Under the pieces are notes generated by a model. That model did not search any database and had not been told where the DNA came from. It was given only the letters and a program-made list of their open reading frames with translations. A stretch of DNA of 64,000 nt, from assembly GCA_965208575.1 (NCBI GenBank), contig CBDBOV010000004.1:1120001-1184000 (forward strand), in the 5' to 3' direction. Positions within the stretch are counted from its first letter, which is position 1. The number at the start of each line of letters is the position of its first letter. The stretch comes from Spirochaetia bacterium. GTDB taxonomy: Bacteria > Spirochaetota > Spirochaetia > SZUA-6 > Bin103. Made by a program: the position numbers and the translations under genes. Positions 1-7,201 of the stretch are shown here, in pieces.

Positions 1-538
1 GCTCGATACCGAGGGCGGCTCGCTGGCCAACCAGGCGGTGCACTTCCTCGACCTGATGCTGTGGTGGGCGGGCGATCCGGAGCGCGTCGCCGGCCGGCGC
101 GGCACCTACGGCCACGACATTCAGACCGAGGACGGCGCGGCCGCGGTGATCCAGTTCAAGAGCGGCGCAGTCGGCTCGGTGCTCACCACCACCTGCAGCT
201 TCCCACACATCGGCTCGGCGCTGACCATGAGCGGCCGCTGGGGCACGCTCACGTGGAACGACAGCGACGGCGTGGTCGACTTCCGGCACCTTCCGGAGGG
301 GCAGCGCAGCGGCGCCGACGCGTGCCGCGGGGAGGCGGGGCCGACGGCGCAGCCGGGCGACCTGAACGGCTTCCCGGATCCGCCTGCAGTGCCGGACAAC
401 ATCTTCGCCGACATGGTAAGTGCGTTGCACCGCGGTACCGGCCTGCAGTGCGACGGCCGCGAGGGGCGCCGCACCGTGGCGCTGTTCGAGGCCGTTTACG
501 CCGCCTCAGACCACGACGCCTGGGTGGAGGTATCCTGA
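1..538 (+). CDS. Gfo/Idh/MocA family oxidoreductase, C-terminal part (5' end outside window)
   Basis: GGSLANQAVHFLDL motif, ED-x-A...GAVG segment and C-terminal 'DGREGRRTVALFEAVYAAS' typical of the family. Confidence 0.8.
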   Translation, partial: LDTEGGSLANQAVHFLDLMLWWAGDPERVAGRRGTYGHDIQTEDGAAAVIQFKSGAVGSVLTTTCSFPHIGSALTMSGRWGTLTWNDSDGVVDFRHLPEGQRSGADACRGEAGPTAQPGDLNGFPDPPAVPDNIFADMVSALHRGTGLQCDGREGRRTVALFEAVYAASDHDAWVEVS

Positions 539-542
539 GACC

Positions 543-2345
543 ATGGCCACAACGATTACCACGATCCCGGAACGCAGCCAGATCACCACCGCCGACCGCT
601 GGGATCTCGGCAGGCTGTACCCGGCCGAGGACTCCTGGGAGCAGGGCCTGAAGGAGTACCAGGAGATGGTGCCGCGCATCGCCGCCTTCAAGGGCACGCT
701 CGCCGAGTCGGCGGCCAACCTGCGCGCCTGCCTGGTGTTCCTGAACGAGCTGGAGATGCTCGATGAGCGGGTCGGTTACTACGCCATGCTGCGCACCAGC
801 GAAGATGCCGGCGACAGCGACAACCAGGGCCGCTTCGCGCGCTACCTGAACGTCGCCAGCCGCGCCGAGGCCGAAAAGAGCTACATCACGCCCGAAATCC
901 AGGCGATCCCGGACGCCGTCATGGAGCAATTCCTGGCCGACGAGACGCTGGCCGAGTTCGCCATCTCGCTGCGCAAGCTGCTGCGCTTCAAGCCGCACGT
1001 CCTGCCCGCGGAGCAGGAGCGGCTGCTGGCGCTGCAGATCGAGGCCAACCAGACGGCGCGCAAGGCGTTCGCGGCGCTCACCGACGTCGACCTGGACTTC
1101 GGCACCGTGGACACGCCCGACGGACCGGTCGCGCTCAGCCAGTCGTCCTGGTCGCAGCTCATGATCCACCCCGACCGCGACCTGCGGCGGCGCGCCTACC
1201 TGCAGTTCTACGGCCACTTCGACCAGCACCGCAACACCCTCGCGGCGCTGTACGGCGGCAGCGTGCAGTTGGACATCTACCGCGCCCGCGCGCGCGGCTA
1301 TGCGTCGGCGCGCGAGGCGGCGCTGTTCCCGGACCGGGTCGAAGCCGCGGTGTACGACAATCTTGTCGCGACCGTGCACGACAACCTGCCCCAACTGCAC
1401 GCCTACTACGGCCTGCGCCGGCGTATCCTCGCGGTCGACGAGTTGCGCCACTACGACGTGTACGTGCCGCTGACCGGCGACGTGCGCGTGCGCCACACCT
1501 ACGACCAGGCGGTGGACGTGGTGATCGACGCCCTCGCTCCCCTTGGCGACCACTACCGCACCACCCTGCGCGCCGGCCTCCTCGGCGGCTGGGTGGACCG
1601 CTACGAGAACAAGGGCAAGCGCTCCGGCGCGTTCTCCTCCGGCTCGTTCGTCGGCGATCCCTACATCCTCATGAACTACAAGGAAGACGTGCTGCGCGAC
1701 GTGTTCACCCTCGCCCACGAGGCGGGCCACTCCATGCACTCCTGGAACAGCGTGCGCCACAACCCGATCCAGCACTACAGCTACACCATCTTCGAGGCGG
1801 AGGTCGCGTCCACCTTCAACGAGCAACTGCTGTTTCACTACCTGATGGAGCGCGCGGAGAGCCGGGAGATGCAGGCGTACCTGATCGGCAAGCAGGTGGA
1901 CGACATTATCGCCACCATCTACCGGCAGACCATGTTCGCGGAGTTCGAGCACCTGACCCACCGCATGGCCGAGCAGGGTGAACCGCTCACCGTCGACTCC
2001 CTGCGCGCCGCCTACCGGCAACTGCTGGAGCGCTACTTCGGTGCCGAGATGGTGCTGGAGGATCTCAGCGACCTGGAGGGGCTGCGCATACCGCACTTCT
2101 ACAACGCCTTCTACGTGTACAAGTACGCCACCGGCCTGGCCGCCGCGGTCGCCCTGGCAGAACGCGTGCTCGCCGGCGGCGCCGCCGAATGCGAGCAGTA
2201 CATGGGGTTTCTGCGCTCGGGCGGATCGCGCTACCCGCTGGAGTCGCTGCGGCTCGCCGGTGTCGACATGAGCAGCCCGGCGCCGATCGAGCAGGCGCTG
2301 CGCGTGTTCGGCAGCCTGGTCGAGCAACTGGAACAACTCCAGTAA
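543..2345 (+). CDS. pepF: Oligoendopeptidase F (M3B peptidase)
   Basis: HEAGH zinc motif, GKRSGAFS, EVASTFNE, RIPHFYNAFYVYKYATG; start moved to ATG 543 (MATTITTIPERSQI..WDL). Confidence 0.95.
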   Translation: MATTITTIPERSQITTADRWDLGRLYPAEDSWEQGLKEYQEMVPRIAAFKGTLAESAANLRACLVFLNELEMLDERVGYYAMLRTSEDAGDSDNQGRFARYLNVASRAEAEKSYITPEIQAIPDAVMEQFLADETLAEFAISLRKLLRFKPHVLPAEQERLLALQIEANQTARKAFAALTDVDLDFGTVDTPDGPVALSQSSWSQLMIHPDRDLRRRAYLQFYGHFDQHRNTLAALYGGSVQLDIYRARARGYASAREAALFPDRVEAAVYDNLVATVHDNLPQLHAYYGLRRRILAVDELRHYDVYVPLTGDVRVRHTYDQAVDVVIDALAPLGDHYRTTLRAGLLGGWVDRYENKGKRSGAFSSGSFVGDPYILMNYKEDVLRDVFTLAHEAGHSMHSWNSVRHNPIQHYSYTIFEAEVASTFNEQLLFHYLMERAESREMQAYLIGKQVDDIIATIYRQTMFAEFEHLTHRMAEQGEPLTVDSLRAAYRQLLERYFGAEMVLEDLSDLEGLRIPHFYNAFYVYKYATGLAAAVALAERVLAGGAAECEQYMGFLRSGGSRYPLESLRLAGVDMSSPAPIEQALRVFGSLVEQLEQLQ

Positions 2346-2632
2346 CGGCGCGGCCGCGCGTCGGCTCGCGGCGCGGCGTGCGCGTGCCGTGGCGGTGTCC
2401 GCCCCGTATCGATGCATCGAGCGGCGGCGCGTCGCCCACGCCGGCCCCGGTCGCGCCCGGCTTGCGGTGGCCTTCCGCACCGACCACGGCCCGGCGTCGG
2501 CGCCGCGCGGCCCGTGCAGGCGCCCGGATGCGGCCCGCGCCGCGGTGGGCGGCCGCCGCGGTGTCGGTACGGTGCGCGCGGGCGCTCGACGGTGCGGTCG
2601 ACCACCTGGAGGTCCGCTATCGCCGCGCTCGG

Positions 2633-4138
2633 TTACGGCGCCCGGAACCCGGCGTCGGCGAGCACACTTTCGATGTCCAGGGCATGCTCCAGGCAGCAGG
2701 AGAGGTCATCGAGCGCCTCCTCGACCCTACGCTCGTATGCCGTCGCCGCCGCGGTTCCGGCGCGGATGCCGTCGAGCCACCGCGCACGATATGCATCGCA
2801 GGCAAACAAGCCGTGCACGTAACAGCCCGCCACGAGCCCGTCGCGGCTTGCTGCGCCGTCCGGGCCGTGGGGCAGATGCACCACCGGCCGCTCGGTGTCC
2901 GGACCCGTGGTCGCTCCGAGGTGGATCTCGTACCCGCTCATCGGCGACCCGGTGCGCGCACACGTACCGGACACCGGGCGGACCGCCTTGTCGCCCGTCA
3001 TCACCGTCTCCACGTCGAGCAGCCCCAGCCCGGCGGCCTCGCCCGGCAAGCCATCGGCGCCCGCCGGGTCGCGAATTACCCTTCCGAGCATCTGGTAACC
3101 GCCGCACACGCCGAACACGCGCCCCCCGGAGCGGGCATGCGCGATCAGGTCATGGTGCCAGCCCTGCGCACGCAGGAACACCAAGTCGCCGAGCGTCGAC
3201 TTGGTGCCGGGCAGGATCACCACGTCCGCGTCGCGTGGCAGCACCGAACCCGGCGCGATGAACGAGAACTCCACTCCCGGCTCCGCGCGCAGCGGGTCGA
3301 AATCGTCGAAGTTGGCGATCCGCGACAACAGCGGCACCACCACGCGCACCCGCCCGCTTCCGCGCCCGGCACTCCCGGCGCCGCCGCCGCCGACCGGTTC
3401 CTCGGGCTGTTGCAGCACCACGGCATCCTCCTGCGGCAGGCGCAGGGCCGCCGCCGACCAGGGAATGACGCCGCGGCACGGCCAGCCGGTACGCCGCTCG
3501 ATGTCGCGCACGCCCGCCTCGAACAGCGCCGGGTCGCCGCGAAACTTGTTGACCGCGAAGCTGACGATCATGCTGCGGTCCTCCGGCTCCAGCACCGCCC
3601 CCGTACCGACCACCGCGGCGATCACCCCGCCGCGGTCGATGTCGCCGAGCAGGCACACCGGCACCCCCGCCCGGCGCGCGAACCCCATGTTGGCGACGTC
3701 GCCGGCGCGCAGGTTGGTCTCGGCGGGGCTGCCCGCACCCTCCACCAGTATCAGATCGAACCGCTCCGCCAGGCGCTCGAAGCTGGCCATGACGGGTGCC
3801 AGCAGCGAGCCGCGCTCGGCCATGTAGCGCGCGGCGTCCACGGTGGACACCGCGCGCCCCTGCACCACCAACTGGGAGGCGCGGTCGGTCTGCGGCTTGA
3901 GCAGCACCGGGTTCATGTCCACCTCCGGCTCAAGCCCGGCCGCGCGCGCCTGCAGTGCCTGCGCGCGCCCGATTTCGCCTCCTCCCGAGCACGCGGCCGC
4001 GTTGTTCGACATGTTCTGCGGCTTGAACGGCGCCACCGCGATGCCCCGCCGCCGCAGCAGCCGGCAAAGCCCGGCCACCACCGCCGACTTGCCGACGTCG
4101 GACCCGGTCCCCTGTACCATGAGCGCGGCCCGCTTCAT
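2633..4138 (-). CDS. cobQ: Cobyric acid synthase
   Basis: MVQGTGSDVGKS, PFKPQNMSNNA, EGAGSPAE, GVCGGYQMLG, GYEIH motifs. Confidence 0.95.
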   Translation of the reverse strand: MKRAALMVQGTGSDVGKSAVVAGLCRLLRRRGIAVAPFKPQNMSNNAAACSGGGEIGRAQALQARAAGLEPEVDMNPVLLKPQTDRASQLVVQGRAVSTVDAARYMAERGSLLAPVMASFERLAERFDLILVEGAGSPAETNLRAGDVANMGFARRAGVPVCLLGDIDRGGVIAAVVGTGAVLEPEDRSMIVSFAVNKFRGDPALFEAGVRDIERRTGWPCRGVIPWSAAALRLPQEDAVVLQQPEEPVGGGGAGSAGRGSGRVRVVVPLLSRIANFDDFDPLRAEPGVEFSFIAPGSVLPRDADVVILPGTKSTLGDLVFLRAQGWHHDLIAHARSGGRVFGVCGGYQMLGRVIRDPAGADGLPGEAAGLGLLDVETVMTGDKAVRPVSGTCARTGSPMSGYEIHLGATTGPDTERPVVHLPHGPDGAASRDGLVAGCYVHGLFACDAYRARWLDGIRAGTAAATAYERRVEEALDDLSCCLEHALDIESVLADAGFRAP

Positions 4139-4227
4139 CGCCTGCTATCCTTCCCGGCCGTTTCGCCGGCGCACCGCCACGCGCGGGTCACCGTACGCGC
4201 CATCCCGGGGCAGGTTCGGGCTTGCGT

Positions 4228-5874
4228 TCAACTCCGCTCCGGCGCGCCGGCATCCGCGGCACGCTCGTTCACCAGCCGGTACGCGATGTGGCGGGCAGCC
4301 TCACGGCTCGCGGCGATTCTCTCCTCCGCCACGTCGCCGAGCACGCCAAGTGCGTCCAGCGTCTCGGCGACCGCCCCGGACAGGTTCGCGATGACCACCT
4401 CAGTGTTCTCGTTGGTGGCGATCTCGATGAGCTGGTGGATCAGCATGGCGGCACTGTCATCGATGTAGGTGGCCTCGGCGAAGTCGAAGATTACCGCCTG
4501 GTGGTCCTTGATGTCCTCGCTGATCACCCCGACCAGCTTGTGCGACGAGGCGACCGTGAAACTGCCGCGCAACGCCACCAGGCCGACCCGCGCCGAGAAC
4601 GGGTCGGCTGCGCCGCCGCCCTGTTCGGGCAGGAACGCCATGTCGAGCAGGGGCACCGACACGACGCTGTCGAGCTCCAGGCGCTCCAACTGCCGCGCAT
4701 GCGCCATCCCCGCCGCGATCAACCCGATCGCCACCGCCGTCACCAGGTCGACGAACACCGTCAGGCCGAGCGTCAGCAACATCACGAACAGATGCTCGCG
4801 CCGCATCCGGTGTACGCGGGCGAGCATCCTCCAGTCGACAATGTCCCATCCCACCTTCATCAGGATGCCGGCCAGCACCGCGTGCGGTATCGGTTCCACG
4901 AATCGCCCCAGCCCCAGCAACAGGGCCAGCACCACCACCGCGCGCAGTGCCCCCGATACCTGCGTCGTTCCGCCGGCGCGGATGTTGATCACCGTTCCCA
5001 TGGTGGCGCCGGCGCCCGGCACGCCGCCGATCAACCCGGCCATCACGTTGCCGATGCCCTGGCCGATCAACTCGCGGTCGGCATTGTGGCGGGTGCCGGT
5101 GAGCGAGTCCGCCACCAGCGAGGTAAGCAGGCTGTCGACCGACCCGAGCAGCGCCAGTATGAGGGCCGGCTGGATGGCGCTCACCAGAAAGGGAATCGAG
5201 GGCAGTCCGAGTTGCAATTGCGGCAGCCCGGTGGGTACGGGCCCGATCACCGGCACGTCTCGCAGCGCGAGCACGCTGAGCAGCGTGCCGACGATCAGGG
5301 CCACCAGCGGGCCGGGCATGAACTTCGTCCACCTGCGCGGCCACAGCACGCCGACGAGAAGCGTCGCCAGGGCGATGGCGAAGGCGTTGAGGTTGGCATC
5401 GGCCAGCGCGTCAGGCAGCGCGCGAATCGCGCCCACGGGTCCTCCCAGCGCCGTGGGCGCGCCCAGAAACGGCAGCGTCTGTATCAGCATGACGATGACG
5501 CCGATGCCGGACATGAATCCTGACACCACCACGTGCGGCGTATACGCCACGAAGCGCCCGAACCGCAGCACCCCCAGCAGCACCTGCAGCAACCCGCCCA
5601 GCATGACCACCGTGAGCGCCTCGGACAGGTTGGAGGAGTGGCTGGTGATGATCACGGCCATCGCCACCGCCATCGGCGCCGTGGGCCCGGAAATCTGCGA
5701 GCGCGTGCCGCCGAACACCGCGGCGAAGAACCCCACCGCGATGGCGCCATACAGGCCGGCGGCCGCACCCAGGCCGGAGGCCACCCCGAATGCCAGCGAC
5801 ACCGGCAGCGCCACCACCGCCGACGTGAGCCCGCCGAAGATGTCGCCGCGCAGCTTGTCAAGACTGTACTTCAT
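4228..5874 (-). CDS. SulP/SLC26 family anion (bicarbonate/sulfate) transporter with STAS domain
   Basis: GDIFGGLTSAVVALP, GLYGAI, ISGPTAPM, ELIGQGIGN; C-terminal STAS-like 'YIDDSAA'. Confidence 0.93.
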   Translation of the reverse strand: MKYSLDKLRGDIFGGLTSAVVALPVSLAFGVASGLGAAAGLYGAIAVGFFAAVFGGTRSQISGPTAPMAVAMAVIITSHSSNLSEALTVVMLGGLLQVLLGVLRFGRFVAYTPHVVVSGFMSGIGVIVMLIQTLPFLGAPTALGGPVGAIRALPDALADANLNAFAIALATLLVGVLWPRRWTKFMPGPLVALIVGTLLSVLALRDVPVIGPVPTGLPQLQLGLPSIPFLVSAIQPALILALLGSVDSLLTSLVADSLTGTRHNADRELIGQGIGNVMAGLIGGVPGAGATMGTVINIRAGGTTQVSGALRAVVVLALLLGLGRFVEPIPHAVLAGILMKVGWDIVDWRMLARVHRMRREHLFVMLLTLGLTVFVDLVTAVAIGLIAAGMAHARQLERLELDSVVSVPLLDMAFLPEQGGGAADPFSARVGLVALRGSFTVASSHKLVGVISEDIKDHQAVIFDFAEATYIDDSAAMLIHQLIEIATNENTEVVIANLSGAVAETLDALGVLGDVAEERIAASREAARHIAYRLVNERAADAGAPERS

Positions 5875-6108
5875 CCGTATGCGCCCTCAAACCGAATATC
5901 CTTTCCGTCATCACGGAGCCAAGCGTACGCCCACACCAACCATCCGACAAATGCCCCCCATGCTGCACCGGCGACCCGGCACCCATCAGTACGTTTCGCG
6001 CAGGAAGGCAAGACGGTCGCGGATCGACACGCGATGTCGTGGAAGCGGCTCCGTCGAGACGCTGGCGGGGGACTATCGGATGAACTCTCGCGGTATCGGC
6101 CGGTGCGG

Positions 6109-6690
6109 CTAGCCGCCGAACGTTCGCGGCCTGAAGTCTTCGGCGTTGGTGATACTCGCGCTGCTGCCGGTCGCCCTGATCACGTACAGCCCGCGCGGCT
6201 CCGCGTACACCTCCGCCGACTCGTCCGCGCGCAGGTACGCCACCGCCCCGTATACCCGCTTGCCCCGGTACCCCGACGGCGCCTCGGACGGAAACACCTT
6301 CAGCGTCTCGATGAAGCGATCGACCTGACTCGCCTTGAGCGTGGTCTTCACTTCCACCACCACCACCTCGTCACCGCCGGCGGCGATGATGTCGATCTCC
6401 CAGCGCGGTGCGCCGTTCCTGCTCTTGAGGCCGCACACCGTGTGGTCGACCTCGATGCCGCGCCGGCTGAGCAACTCGATCAGGTCGCCTTCGACGAGAG
6501 CCTCCACCAGCTTGCTCCACTGACCGTTGAACAGATCCTCCAGCCGGCGCAGTTTACGGTCGGTCTCCTTCATCTGCCGGTCGGTCTCCTGCATGCGGCG
6601 GTCGGTCTCGCGCTGGCTCGCCGAGACTTCACGCAGGATGTTCCAGATCTCCTGCGGGGTTGCGGGCTCCTGCCGTGCGGTGTCAGCCAT
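6109..6690 (-). CDS. Coiled-coil plus PD-(D/E)XK nuclease-like protein (DUF3782-like)
   Basis: Heptad repeats ETDRRMQ/ETDRQMK/ETDRKLR followed by EIDII...VVEVKTTL nuclease-like motif; start at MADTARQ. Confidence 0.75.
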   Translation of the reverse strand: MADTARQEPATPQEIWNILREVSASQRETDRRMQETDRQMKETDRKLRRLEDLFNGQWSKLVEALVEGDLIELLSRRGIEVDHTVCGLKSRNGAPRWEIDIIAAGGDEVVVVEVKTTLKASQVDRFIETLKVFPSEAPSGYRGKRVYGAVAYLRADESAEVYAEPRGLYVIRATGSSASITNAEDFRPRTFGG

Positions 6691-6789
6691 TGGATCTTCT
6701 CGTAGCCGAAACATACCCTGCCGGCGTGCCACTGCCAACGCCGACACAACCAACAAGCAAGCGCCAAAACGCGCGCACCCGACCGGGGC

Positions 6790-6895
6790 GACTCAACGAG
6801 GCCGGGACCAATGGTCCCGGAAGGGGTCGGTGTGATACACGATCTCGCCTACGGCGTAGTCGCTTCAAGAAGGCCGCCGTGGAGGCGGTTGAATC
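6790..6895 (-). CRISPR. Degenerate single-spacer mini-array (putative Cas-regulating crRNA-like RNA, CreR/CreA-like)
   Basis: Repeat-like 6790-6824 GACTCAACGAGG-CCGGGACC-AAT-GGTCCCGG-AAGG and 6862-~6895 GCTTCAAGAAGG-CCGCC-GTGGA-GGCGG-TTGAATC resemble the array repeat GCTTCAATGAGG-CCGCCGG-AATTCA-CCGGCGG-AAAC and flank a 37-nt spacer (6825-6861). Confidence 0.85.
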
Positions 6896-6900
6896 TGTGC

Positions 6901-6930
6901 TTGACCTATCCACGTAATCAAGCTTAGACT
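6901..6930 (+). promoter_or_regulatory. Putative sigma70 promoter of the cas3-csx17-csb1-csb2 operon
   Basis: TTGACC (6901-6906), 18 bp, TAGACT (6925-6930) in an AT-richer patch upstream of cas3. Confidence 0.7.
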
Positions 6931-6940
6931 ATGCCGTAGG
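6924..6940 (+). promoter_or_regulatory. PAM (TTA) plus partial protospacer for the mini-array spacer
   Basis: TTA-GACTATGCCGTAGG versus minus-strand spacer 5' end GACTACGCCGTAGG: 13/14 identity, mismatch at position 6. Confidence 0.85.
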
Positions 6941-6957
6941 TAAAGGGCTATGGTCAA
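6928..6957 (-). promoter_or_regulatory. Putative divergent promoter driving the mini-array
   Basis: Minus strand TTGACC (6957-6952), 18 bp, CATAGT (6933-6928); an alternative TTGACA at 6975-6970. Confidence 0.5.
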
Positions 6958-7048
6958 GGCAGAGCTGATTGTCAAAAGCACCGTGACTCGCCAGCGCTCG
7001 TTACGAGCAGCGGCCGGCTCATGGCACGTCGCCGCCGTGGAGGAACGC

Positions 7049-7201
7049 ATGCGCACGCGGTGTGTGCACATAATATTCCACGACGGTGGGAAGTGGGAGT
7101 CGCCCGGTCCGCCCGATCGTGATCAACCTGGTGTCGACGCCGGCCAACCGCTGACAAGCGATGCGCCCGATCAGATTCCGGGTGCCGAGTCGCCACGATG
7201 A
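7049..7201 (+). CDS. Small 50-aa ORF in the cas3 leader (possible longer 83-aa form from 6950), stop overlapping cas3 start (ATGA)
   Basis: GGAGG SD 5 nt before ATG 7049; TGA overlaps cas3 ATG at 7198-7201; no recognised domain. Confidence 0.4.
   Translation: MRTRCVHIIFHDGGKWESPGPPDRDQPGVDAGQPLTSDAPDQIPGAESPR

Noticed and set aside
2346-2632. GC-rich intergenic region with imperfect palindromes, checked for a cobalamin riboswitch or REP
   Set aside because: Lies downstream of cobQ, no riboswitch consensus seen and no second copy recognised
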